From NCBI GenBank assembly GCA_023267435.1, contig JAHFNH010000001.1, positions 80,253 to 144,252 of the forward strand: a stretch of 64,000 nucleotides of DNA. The letters are read 5' to 3'. Each line of letters starts with the position of its first letter. The stretch's first letter is position 1. Position numbers and translations under genes: made by a program. Origin of the DNA: Candidatus Nomurabacteria bacterium (GTDB lineage Bacteria; Patescibacteriota; Minisyncoccia; Phycocordibacterales; UBA9973). The notes beneath the pieces were generated by a model that searched no databases, had not been told where the DNA came from, and saw only the letters and a list, made by a program, of their open reading frames with translations. Shown piece by piece: positions 1 through 10,900 of the stretch.

Positions 1-2228
1 AAGACAAGAAAGAAGAAATAATAAAACTGGAAGAAGAACTTGAATATTTTTTTAATTTTATTCCAGATATGCTGTCTATCAGCTCGGCAGACGGATACTT
101 CAAAAAAGTAAACAAAGAATGGGAGCGAGTTTTAGGCTATACGGAAAAAGAATTGTTGGCGAAGCCATTCATAAATTTCATCCACCCAGATGATGTGCAA
201 CCAACACTTGATATTATCGCTAAACAAGCTGTTAAATCAAACGTCCTAAATTTTATAAATCGTTATCGTGCCAAAGATGGATCTTACAAATGGTTTGAAT
301 GGACATCGGCGCCCGCAAAACAAAATGGAACGATATATGCCGTGGCCCGTGATATCACTAGTCGCAAATTAATAGAAATAGAGATCGTTCAAAAGAATCG
401 CATGTTACGAATATTGAGTAACATAAATCAACTATTAATTCATGCTAAAGATGAATCTTCATTATTAACGGAAGCTTGTCGTATTATCAACGAAATTGCA
501 GAATATCGGATGTTGTGGATAGGTTTTAAAGAAAATGACAAGAAAAAATCAATCAAACCGGTCGCTGTTATCGGTTTCGAATCCGGCTTTATTGAGTCTA
601 TACATCCAACATGGGAAGATGATGAAAACGGACATATTCCGGCTGGTATAGCAATACGCACAGGAAAAATGTTCATCTCTCAAGATATTTCTTTAGAATC
701 CTTTCCGGGCCATTGGAAAAATATTGCTTTGGAACACGGATATAACTCCGTCATTTCTTTTCCATTAAAAAACGGCGATCAAACCTTTGGCAGCCTTACT
801 ATCTTTGGCGATAAGAAAAATCATTTTTCTGAAGATGAAATAAAAATTTTGGACGAATTAGCGAATGACTTGGCTTTCGGAATTATTTCTTTACGAACAA
901 TTTCTGAACGCAAAGCACTAGAAACTGAATTACTGAAAGCAAGTGCTGACAGATATAAAGCGCTTTTCCTATCTTCCCGTGATGCTATCATGACGCTTGA
1001 ACCGCCGTCTTGGAAATTCACTTCTGGCAATCCTGCAACTATTAAAATGTTTCAAGCAAAAAATGAAGGTGATTTTCTAAACCACGAACCTTGGATTTTG
1101 TCTCCAGAATTTCAGTTGGACGGAAGCCGTTCAGATGAAAAAGCAAAGGCTATGATAAACCACGCGATGGAAAAAGGAACAAATTTATTTGAATGGACAC
1201 ACAAAAGATTGAACGGCGAAGAATTTCCAGCGGAAGTTTTACTGTCAAAAGTTCAACAAAATGGGAATTCCTATCTTCATGCCGTTGTCAGAGATATAAC
1301 CGAACGTAAAAAAATGGAAGAAAAATTAAAAGAATATGCGGAAGAGAAATTCAAGGCTATTTTTGATAATACATTGGATGGAATTCTCATAGCAGATGTG
1401 AAGACGAAAAGCCTTTACCTCGCTAACCCTGCACTTTGCAAAATGGTCGGCTATTCTCTTGAAGAAATTCAAAAAATGAATATTGCAAATATTCACCCGA
1501 AGGAAAACTTACCATATGTCATGGATAAATTTGAAAAACAAGTACGAGAAGAAATTAAGATGGCAGAAAATATTCAAGTTAAAAAGAAGGATGGTGGTCT
1601 TATTTATTGCGATATTAGTGCATCCCCAATAACACTATATGGGAAGAAATACCTTTTGGGTATTTTTAGGGATATTTCTGAACGCAAAAAAATGGAAGAC
1701 AATCTTCTTAAAAGCGAAAAGCATTACAAAGAAGCTCAACGAATAGGGCGTGTGGGCAGCTGGGAGTGGAACATAGCAACCGATACCATCATTTGGTCTG
1801 AGGAGTATTACGAACTTGTCGGTTTTGATCCAAAAAAATCTCCGCCAAATTACGCAGAGCATTTAAAAGTTTACACTCTCGAGAGCCAAGCACGATTAGA
1901 TGCTGCCGTAAAACACCAAACTAAAACTGGCCAGCCATACGAAGTCGATTTAGAATTTGTTAACCCTAAAAGTCCAACTCGATGGATTACAGCCCGCAGT
2001 GAAACTGTGTATGACGATAAGGGAAAAATTATCGGATTACGCGGAACAGCGCAAGATATTTCTTTGCGCAAAAAGGAAGAAGAAGATTTAAGAAAAACAA
2101 AAGAAAAATTACAACAAGAAATCATTGAATTGGAGAGATTTCAATCACTCGCCGTGCATCGAGAGCTGAAGATGGTTGAATTGAAAAATAAAATTAAAGA
2201 GCTCGAAGAAAAACTATTCGTAAAATAA
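1..2228 (+). CDS. Multi-domain PAS/GAF sensor protein, 5'-partial. The reading frame is open to the window start and there is no kinase or other output domain.
   Basis: Four PAS/PAC-like blocks (e.g. RDITSRK, VVRDITERK, FRDISERK, AQDISLRK) and a GAF-like block, followed by a C-terminal coiled coil. The frame upstream of the first ATG at 69 has no stop codon back to position 3. Confidence 0.7.
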   Translation, partial: DKKEEIIKLEEELEYFFNFIPDMLSISSADGYFKKVNKEWERVLGYTEKELLAKPFINFIHPDDVQPTLDIIAKQAVKSNVLNFINRYRAKDGSYKWFEWTSAPAKQNGTIYAVARDITSRKLIEIEIVQKNRMLRILSNINQLLIHAKDESSLLTEACRIINEIAEYRMLWIGFKENDKKKSIKPVAVIGFESGFIESIHPTWEDDENGHIPAGIAIRTGKMFISQDISLESFPGHWKNIALEHGYNSVISFPLKNGDQTFGSLTIFGDKKNHFSEDEIKILDELANDLAFGIISLRTISERKALETELLKASADRYKALFLSSRDAIMTLEPPSWKFTSGNPATIKMFQAKNEGDFLNHEPWILSPEFQLDGSRSDEKAKAMINHAMEKGTNLFEWTHKRLNGEEFPAEVLLSKVQQNGNSYLHAVVRDITERKKMEEKLKEYAEEKFKAIFDNTLDGILIADVKTKSLYLANPALCKMVGYSLEEIQKMNIANIHPKENLPYVMDKFEKQVREEIKMAENIQVKKKDGGLIYCDISASPITLYGKKYLLGIFRDISERKKMEDNLLKSEKHYKEAQRIGRVGSWEWNIATDTIIWSEEYYELVGFDPKKSPPNYAEHLKVYTLESQARLDAAVKHQTKTGQPYEVDLEFVNPKSPTRWITARSETVYDDKGKIIGLRGTAQDISLRKKEEEDLRKTKEKLQQEIIELERFQSLAVHRELKMVELKNKIKELEEKLFVK

Positions 2229-2234
2229 ATTAAG

Positions 2235-2528
2235 TTATTTCACTGTCTTTTCTTCTCCCCAAATGCCATCTTTTTTATTGTAGATAAACACAATTCTTTT
2301 TTTAATATCAATTCCTATTGGCGCTGGTGCATCACCAGCCTTGAGCCAAACATTTTCATTGCTATCAGTAACTACTGTAACTTTGCCATCTTTAGAAAGA
2401 TTCTCGAAATCATAAATCAACGTCAAACTTTGCGAAGCAGGTTCCTTCCAACCGCTTTCAGTGAAGACAGTTTTCATTTCTTTTTTTGATTTTCTCTGCA
2501 AAATATCTACTAGTTCAAGTCCTGACAT
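2235..2528 (-). CDS. Hypothetical protein
   Basis: 97-aa ORF with no recognisable motif. Confidence 0.3.
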   Translation of the reverse strand: MSGLELVDILQRKSKKEMKTVFTESGWKEPASQSLTLIYDFENLSKDGKVTVVTDSNENVWLKAGDAPAPIGIDIKKRIVFIYNKKDGIWGEEKTVK

Positions 2529-2636
2529 AAAATTTATGTGTTATTAATTAATGCTGAAATTATATCATCAATCTGTGTCTATGTAAAAAATAAGTCTTTT
2601 GTGATATACTCTTTTTTACATAAGTTAAATTAATAT

Positions 2637-3053
2637 ATGAGATCTCTTTTATTTCATTGTAAAGATTTTGGTTCGGTAATAACTGGTCTTTCTACAAGAC
2701 CAGAGAATATTGTTCATGGAGATATTTTAGATGAAAAACAATCATCTCATGATTGCATTCTCGCTTTTGTCACAATTGAAAAAGGTGATACGATAGAAAA
2801 ATCATCAAAACTTACACAAGAAATACTTAAATTTTGTAAAGACACAAACCATAATAATGTTTTTCTTTGTCCTTTCGCTCATCTTTCAAATAATCTCGCT
2901 CCAGCAAAAGAAGCCATAATTGTTTTGGAAAAGATTGTTAGTGAATTAAAAAATTCTGATGTTCATCTGACTGAGGGACACTTTGGCTCAGACAAAGAGT
3001 TACTAATTCACCTCTTTGGTCATCCAGGTAATGCAAGATATCGAGAATTTTAA
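2637..3053 (+). CDS. Free-standing archaeal-type ThrRS editing domain-like protein (tRNA-Thr_ED / DTD-like fold)
   Basis: Blocks MRSLLFHCKDFG, ILAFVTIEKGD, NVFLCPFAHLSNNLA and GHPGNA resemble the archaeal ThrRS N-terminal editing domain as I recall it. At 138 aa the size also fits. Confidence 0.4.
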   Translation: MRSLLFHCKDFGSVITGLSTRPENIVHGDILDEKQSSHDCILAFVTIEKGDTIEKSSKLTQEILKFCKDTNHNNVFLCPFAHLSNNLAPAKEAIIVLEKIVSELKNSDVHLTEGHFGSDKELLIHLFGHPGNARYREF

Positions 3054-3666
3054 AAATTCTTATTCATCAAATTTTGATATAATTAAGCACATGACTTTTA
3101 CAAATTTAGCTATATTAATTTTTGCTTCAGCGTCATACTTAATAGGTTTTTGGGCAATTTTAAAAAAAGGGTATCGTCCAAATCTATTTACGCGTGTTGT
3201 TTTTCTTTGTTTGGCTTTAAATAATCTTGCCAGTGTTATTAAATTAGATAATCAATATTCTACCCTTGTACTCGCATGGGTTACATTTCTTGGTTCATTG
3301 TTAATATTTTTTGGATCAATTTTATTTAAAGGTGAACGCCTTTGGAGTAAAAACGAAACTGTTTCAACAGTTCTTTTAATAATCAGTTTCCTTTTTTGGA
3401 TTTTTACTGATATTCCTTTAATTAATCTCTCAATAGGGTTAATTACACATCTTTTAGGTTCTCTGCCGACAGTTGTTCGTGTGATCAAAAAACCAGAGAG
3501 TGAAAATATTCCATTTTGGCTACTCTTTGCAATCGCAAGTATTATTACATTACTTTCTACACATAGTGGAAATATAAAGGACTATTTGTTTGCAATTTAT
3601 TTCTGTATTTTTGATAGTGCAATGACTATTCTTGCATTTAGAAAATATTTAACTAAAAAAGCTTAG
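3016..3666 (+). CDS. Polytopic membrane protein. The true start may be an internal Met near 3091.
   Basis: About six hydrophobic segments. The 5' end overlaps the upstream ORF. Confidence 0.4.
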   Translation: MVIQVMQDIENFKNSYSSNFDIIKHMTFTNLAILIFASASYLIGFWAILKKGYRPNLFTRVVFLCLALNNLASVIKLDNQYSTLVLAWVTFLGSLLIFFGSILFKGERLWSKNETVSTVLLIISFLFWIFTDIPLINLSIGLITHLLGSLPTVVRVIKKPESENIPFWLLFAIASIITLLSTHSGNIKDYLFAIYFCIFDSAMTILAFRKYLTKKA

Positions 3667-3713
3667 TATTCAAAAAACTAATTCCAACTGTATTTTAAAT
3701 CAGCAGAAGATTT

Positions 3714-4511
3714 TTAAAATTTTAAAACTTCAAAAATATTTTTATCGTAATTCCATTGAACGGTAACATCATCTGATATATCCTTTTCATCGTTACTTAC
3801 CAGATTTACCATAAAAGAATCTTTATCTGTTGTTGAAATTTTATATCCATAAAAATTAGAAGTAACAGGAATTTCTGTGTCTTTGTTAATTTGATTAAAA
3901 AAACCTTTATCGTTTATTTCGTAAAATAAAATGTTTTTTCCGTCAATTTCCTTTACAACATAGATATTAGAAAATATATTTTTACCTATATCCACATAAG
4001 ATACATATATACTTCCAATAAGATCTTTCTCATCAAATAAATTATCTAACCAAACAGCTTCTCTCCCATCTATTATAATTTTAGGGTCTGGTTGCCAAAT
4101 AGACATAATAATCCTATCTTGTGCACATTTTATTAGTTCTGAATTTATTTCTTGTATAAATTTACCACCTTTCTTTATTCTCTTTTCCATTATAAATGGT
4201 CCATAGTTTGCTTGTATATAATTGTGATCCTCGATTACTTCCTGAAGCTTTTTTGCATCTAAATTATTAACAGAAATAGGTATTCCATTTACTTCATTTA
4301 TCTCAACTGCTTCCCACTCGCTTTCAGGAAATAATGATGAATTCACTTGTTCTAATAATCTTAAACATTCCGAAGGTTTGTTTGTGTAACCATCTTCTTT
4401 TACCCTAAGATGTTTATCTTGTAAGATAAAAACAAAAGTAATAATAAAAAGAATTAATACGAAAATCGAAGAAATTATCTTTCCAAGGTCTTTATTTGAA
4501 ATATTTTTCAT
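3714..4511 (-). CDS. N-terminally membrane-anchored hypothetical protein, candidate second immunity/accessory protein for the RHS toxin
   Basis: N-terminal TM (IISSIFVLILFIITFVFIL). Lies downstream and co-directional with the RHS gene. Confidence 0.4.
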   Translation of the reverse strand: MKNISNKDLGKIISSIFVLILFIITFVFILQDKHLRVKEDGYTNKPSECLRLLEQVNSSLFPESEWEAVEINEVNGIPISVNNLDAKKLQEVIEDHNYIQANYGPFIMEKRIKKGGKFIQEINSELIKCAQDRIIMSIWQPDPKIIIDGREAVWLDNLFDEKDLIGSIYVSYVDIGKNIFSNIYVVKEIDGKNILFYEINDKGFFNQINKDTEIPVTSNFYGYKISTTDKDSFMVNLVSNDEKDISDDVTVQWNYDKNIFEVLKF

Positions 4512-4971
4512 ATTCAGATTCTATGACTGTCATATCCACTTTTAGTGGATCTTTTTTTCCATCAAATAAAATCACTCCCCAATCATTCAAATTAATTTTT
4601 TCTCTATCTATTATAATTTTTTCTCCACTATCTTTTGTAAATTCTATATATCTTTTAATAGTAAAAATAGTTTTAATATTTTGTTTATTTAAAAAATTCC
4701 ATGCCAATTTCTGATAATACTGGGAATCAGCGACATATTCTTCGAGCCCTTTTCCATTTTCCTTGTTCATTTTATTAACCTCTGTTTCATTGGGTCCCAA
4801 AAACACTCCAACAATACCGTTTATCTGCAATGTATCATCTAAAGAACTTTGATTTTGAGTTTGATTATTTATAATATTGTTTTTTATATTTGTATTTAAT
4901 AAATAACCGAATAAGATTATTAATAAAATTGGTATAATTATTTTTATTATTTTTTTTGATTCAAGTTTCAT
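4492..4971 (-). CDS. N-terminally membrane-anchored hypothetical protein, candidate immunity protein
   Basis: Start MKLESKKIIKIIIPILLIILFGYLL lies 4 nt after the RHS stop (TAA-TAAT-ATG). Signal/TM anchor followed by a soluble domain. Confidence 0.45.
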   Translation of the reverse strand: MKLESKKIIKIIIPILLIILFGYLLNTNIKNNIINNQTQNQSSLDDTLQINGIVGVFLGPNETEVNKMNKENGKGLEEYVADSQYYQKLAWNFLNKQNIKTIFTIKRYIEFTKDSGEKIIIDREKINLNDWGVILFDGKKDPLKVDMTVIESEYEKYFK

Positions 4972-4975
4972 ATTA

Positions 4976-7900
4976 TTAATTTTGTAAAATATTAAATCTT
5001 CGTAAATATTCATTAGGATTATGTTGATAAAGGCCATTGTCTATATGAACACCATCTACTCTATTAAAATCACCACCCCATCGAAGTCCGGAGTCATTTC
5101 TAACATCTCCAACAAAACCTTGAACTGGGTTTGGTAAAGAATTAAAACCTGAATTTAAACACGAGCTACCACACATAATATCTTTGTTATTATTTTTATA
5201 TTGAATATTTACATCAACAGCAGTACCAACATAATGAGCTGAATTTTCAGTAACTTCACCTTGTTTATGGTAAACATCTCCTGGTATTGGATCTCCTTTA
5301 ATTCTAACTCCAGAACTTTCTATTTGTAATTTTACATCATTTTTACCAGCATATTGATTCAATCTATTGAGATCTTTAGTAAAATCCACAGGTACTTTAT
5401 TTGTTGAATTAAGAAAATTGTTTCCTTTATAATTCACTAATGTAGTGCCAGAATCAGAAGTTGAAGTTTTTTGCCCAGATAAAACAGTTTGAGTCGAACC
5501 CTTACTAAGGAAAGAGTTAATCGAATTCAAAAAAGATTTTATTGCTGAAAGAACTGCTATTTTTCCACTTGGATCTTTCATATTCACCGGATTGTCTCTA
5601 GCATAACTATAACTGTTTTGCTGTTGAGGATCAAGAAGAAGTTCCTGTGGCAATTGCCAAAACATCGAATCTTGACTGATGAATTGCCCAACACCAGCTT
5701 TATAATATCTGGCATTTAGATAATCCAATCCCGTATCGGTATCATAAACCTGCCCGATATATTGCCTCTGAGTATTATATGTTCCTGAAGAAATTCTTTG
5801 ACTGCCGAATGGGAAATAATCCAAAAGCTGAACGCTTGTGCCAGTGGTGTTTGAAACGACATTCGTCGAACCTAAATGATCCGTATGCACATAATACGGA
5901 GTCACCACACCACCGACTGTTTCAACAGTTGCGACAAGCTGATCACCAATATAAATACTTTTAGTTTTTTTAGTTCCGTCCGTATTGTAGAAATTATTTG
6001 GATAATAAGTATTTACACTTCCCTTTTGCATTCTCACGCGATTGCCGGCATTGTCGTATTGATAAACTAGTGTGATTGAATTTTGCACTGGCTGAGCAAT
6101 AGGAGATCTGGAATTCGACAAGTTCACATTCTTTGTCACTTGAACTAACTCATTTTTATAATTCCAAGTATTTATGATAGTTCCGTCAGTTAATAAATTT
6201 CCATTTTTATCATAGGTATTCGTCACGCTATTTATCGAGGTAGCAGCATGAGGGTTCGCATAATTTGTGCCGGTGTTACCCTGATAAAGGTAATTTCCAA
6301 CATCAGATTTATTTAAAATATTTCCAACTGCATTATAAGTGAAATTCTGAGTGTAAGGTGTCTGACCTGCCGGCACACCCGTGGCAAAAGCTACAACTAA
6401 ACGATTCAAGTCATCATAAGCATACACGACATTTTTCGTGGCACTAGTATTTGAAGTATCGATAATTTGAATAATATTATTATCCATATCATACGTGTAA
6501 ACAATATTCTGTAAACTTATTCCATTTCCATTTGTTGTAAACTTATTACTCAAACGATACATTTGTGATGCATTATAAGTATTTGTGGTAGTGGTACCAT
6601 TTGCATAATTAATCACTGCGACCTGATTCATTGGAGAATAATCAATATTAGAAATAACATTCGTGAACGAGCCAGCATTTTCTTTACGCTCGATTTGATT
6701 CAAAAGTCCGGCAGTGTTAAATGTATATCGCACTTGAGCATTATCCGGGTAAGTCATTATAGTTACATTTCCCTGCTCGTCGTATACATAAGAAGTTACA
6801 AAAATATTGCTATTTATCGTCTTGGTTTCGCTGGTAATATTTCCATTTGAGTCATAAGTATATGAAATATTGGCACCGGACGGCATCACAATTCCACAAA
6901 TTTTACTGATACCATTCGTGCAAGAATCATAGAAATAAGAAATTTCTGTGCCTGTCGCACCGGTATAATTTTCTGTCAGCATGCGGTTAAGAACATCAAA
7001 AGTATAATTTGTTGTTTTAGCTTCCGGACTAACAGATTGTGTCATATTCCCCGCATTATCATAAGCATATGTCCATATGCCGAAAGTCGTATCGCCAGGA
7101 GTGTGTAAATCTTCGGCTGTTAATCTGCGTCCAAGTCCATCATAAGTAAAGTTGCGAACATTACTCAATGCATCGGTAATATTTTTTACTTTGCCATTTA
7201 AATTCCAAGAATATGCCGTTGTGTAAGTCGAGCCTGAATTATGTTCATCTACTCGAATTAAATTTCCACGCGCGTCACTGTATGTATCTTTTATTTTTCC
7301 GCGCGGATCAGTCACGGATATTTTCCAGAGATTGTAAACATAACTTGTCGTTCCGACAGAATTTACTGAGTTCAACACACGACCCATTGGATCATATATA
7401 TATATTGTGTAGAGAGAAACATTTGTATTTGGAAAAGTTTTTACTAATCCAGTTCCAGTGTAAGGCAAAGATTGTTTTTGAATCATTCCGAGATTGTTAT
7501 AGACATAATCGCTCACGTTAAAATTGTTTGATGTTTCAGTTTCCTTTCTGTTTTGAATAATTCTTCCCAATCCATCGAAGTATTGATATGTGTCGACAGA
7601 ATTTGAGGCATTCAGATAATCTGTTTTATGAATAGAAACCGCACCGGCAATGTCTGTGTAAACATATGCTGTTTTTGTGACAAGAATTGAAGGTGTGATT
7701 AGGTCAGGAACTTTTTCCACAAGCACTCGGTCGAGTCCGTCATATTCTGTCTTGTAAACAAAACCATTTTGATCAGTTATTTGTTTTGGCTTACCGAGCG
7801 AATAATTATATAAATAATTCACAGAGTGGTTGAGCGCATCAGTGACAGTGGCGGGATATAAATGGTACGAATCATAAGAATAAGAAGTCACATGGCCATT

Positions 7901-10900
7901 CTCATCAGTCAACGAAACGACATTGCCATAAACTCCGTCATAAGATTTTTGCGTGTTTACAAAAGTTATGCCAGTCAGCCATTTTTCTATTTTGGTTTGA
8001 TTGCCCAGGCCGACAGAACCCAGCGCCAGTCTGTCGTAATAATTGCGAGTTTCATTCACTTTCGCCCCATTCTGGTCAAACACTGTATCATCATACGGCA
8101 AGCCAGTGACATTGTTGCCAGTGTTTGCAATATACAAAATATTTTCAATTGATTTATCAGAACCAATATCGGTAAATGAACCATCGGTATTTGCCGTCAC
8201 CTCTCCCCAACTAGTTTTTTGAATTAAATTTCCATAAACGTTGTCGTAAGAATATTCTTCAGCTGTGTCTCGGTGACTACTAGTGCCATCATAAGTCAGC
8301 GCAGTCGTGCTAGTAAGTTTTACAAATTTATTGCCATTGCCTAAATCATAATCATCCCATTTATTTACAACAACCGAATACAAGTTGGTAGAACTGTCAG
8401 TTTTCTCTATCCTGTATGGTTGTCCGATTTTCCATTCGTCATCATTATATTCTCCATGAGAAGAATCTGTGCCGATCCCAGTATGATAATACGTCGCAGT
8501 TGTATTTCCAGCCGGATCTGTTTCAATCACTTTATTAAAACCGGCAAATTTTCTGTCGGTACTGCCGTTGAAAAAATACGATCCTCCTTGATAACTATAT
8601 GTGGTCGTTCCAGTATTTCCGTTTCCATCATTAGTGGTGATTTGATATGTTGTTGGCAAATTAAGCGGTAGACTTGGATTCAAGAGGTTCCCATTTCCAT
8701 CTTTATAGTGATTGCTCATTTTATAAGTAACATTTGTTTGCCCGCCGGTTGGAAGCGTGATAGAGGCAAGCAAGTCTACCGGAAGGGTTGTTTTATTAAA
8801 AAACACATTATTAGTTATATGATTAGTAATACCATCAAAATAATTACCTTGATTTAGAATATCCGCCTGACCATCACCGTTTGCATCAAATAGCAGTCCG
8901 GGATTTAAATCAATATAGTCATTTATTCCCAAGTTAGCACCCGTATTCCAATTAATATCCCAAACCCAGCTATGTCCCTGGTTGATATACACCTTAAGAT
9001 TGGTACAACTTGCGCCACAAGCTCCACCAAGTTGATATGGGTAAAGAATATCAACCAAACCATCGCCATTGATATCTTGAAAAATTTCCCGATTAAAAAC
9101 ATTTCCATTTTGAGTACGAGTTAAAATAATAAAATCTGAAGGAAGAGTGTAACTGGAATCTAAAACCCAACCTGTACCTGTATTTAAATAAACTGACTGA
9201 AACATTCCAGAGGGTTGTGCGGGTGGCACTCCGTAAGTTGATTTGATTATGTCAGCCAAACCATCACCATTCACATCAGCAAACACTTGGTCATTCAAAA
9301 ATTCTGGACTTGCAAAAGTCTGACCTACAGAAGCATTATATGTGCTGAAGTTAGAGCCCGTATCCCATGCAATACTCGTCGTCACAGGTGATGGCCAGAC
9401 AGAAACATCTTTAATATAATCAGAAAAACCATCGCCGTTTAAGTCGGCAACAGCCTGCGGATAACTAAAAGGAGGATTCCAACTTGGGTTCGCAGTCCAG
9501 CCTGAACCATTATTAAGATATGAAGCTTGAGCTCCCCAAGATGAATAAGGGTCGTTACGAACCATATCGTTCAACCCGTCACCATTCACATCTATAACTT
9601 TCGTACTAGCATCTCCCCAACCGTTGTTGTCATGCCGAGCAATCCATATATCGGAAGGAACCGAACGAGAAGTGTCCAATTGCCAGTTGTCAGATGATGG
9701 ATGATATAAATATATTCCCTTTGCAGAATTATAATAATAATCAACATTATTCCATGCTTGAATTAAATCAGTGTAACCATCGCCGTTCACATCGGCTGGG
9801 ATGGTTCCATTATGCGTATCAATAGGGATATATGTTGAACTTTGATTTGAAGGAGTAAAGCCAGAAGTGCCTTGTGTATATGAAAAAGAAGTTGCAGGCA
9901 AAGTCGTCACAGTACCATTAGTGTCTTGACCGGACTCTATTATACTTGAGAGCAAAGAGCGATTGGTATTAGTGCCAGCTATATAATTGAAAACATATTT
10001 CGAAGTCCAAGTGCCATTAACTTTCACATCGATCTCATTGATTAAATAATTGGTGGTACTTGGGAATCCAGCCGCCGCCGACATCATCGCATCAGATCGT
10101 GAAGAACTTCTCAAAAAATCAATTTCAAAAATACCACTACTTGCGGAGTGATTGGAATACGTTATTGTTGCAGGATATATTTGACTGGAATTTTTGTAAT
10201 AAGTGTAAGATATGAAATTTCCATTCGTGTCTTGCACGCTCTCCAGCATCCATTTGTAAACATGAGAAAAATTATTCGGATCATCCTGCCTTGTATTTGT
10301 ATTCGTTCCAAAAGTATAAATCGTTCCTGTCTTATCTGTAACCGTCCACATATTGCTACTAAAACTATATTTCAAAAAATCTCCTTTTTCTATTTTAGAG
10401 GCATAAGTACCGCCAGAAACATTTACCAAGTCCCCTGACAAACTGGAAGAAAAATAATTATCTGTAAATAAAGTGTTGGTGCCTTTTTTATTCACTCTTT
10501 GAATGTAAGGAATATTCATTGACCAGCCATATCCGAAAACACTATCTTGAATTAAATTTTGACTGTTGTACTGAAGAGATAAATTCGGCTGCGTATTATT
10601 GCGACCAGGTGGAACGGCAATAGTATAACTGTAAACCAATGCCCCAGTCGAAGGATCTGTTTGGGCAATACTTTTTTTAACATTAGCATACTCGTTTGTT
10701 TGATTCATTGGGCTGACAGTGGGATTGGGACTTTTATTTTTTTCAACAGTAGGTGTTAGTGTGTCTTCACTGGAAATAGTTCCTCCACTTGGTGCATCTT
10801 TTTTTATTGCAGAAATATTGTCTGTCGCTGTCACTTTTGCATTTATATCTTTCGCTGATAAATCAGGTAGAGCAACATCAGTAGTGTTCGTATCTGAAAC

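Noticed and set aside
1-2228. Histidine kinase or GGDEF output domain on the PAS/GAF protein
   Set aside because: The C-terminus is only a coiled coil and no H-box or ATPase motifs are present. An output domain could lie upstream of the window.
4496-4714. 72-aa plus-strand ORF
   Set aside because: Antisense to the immunity-candidate gene 4492..4971. Hydrophobic low-complexity artefact of AT-rich DNA.
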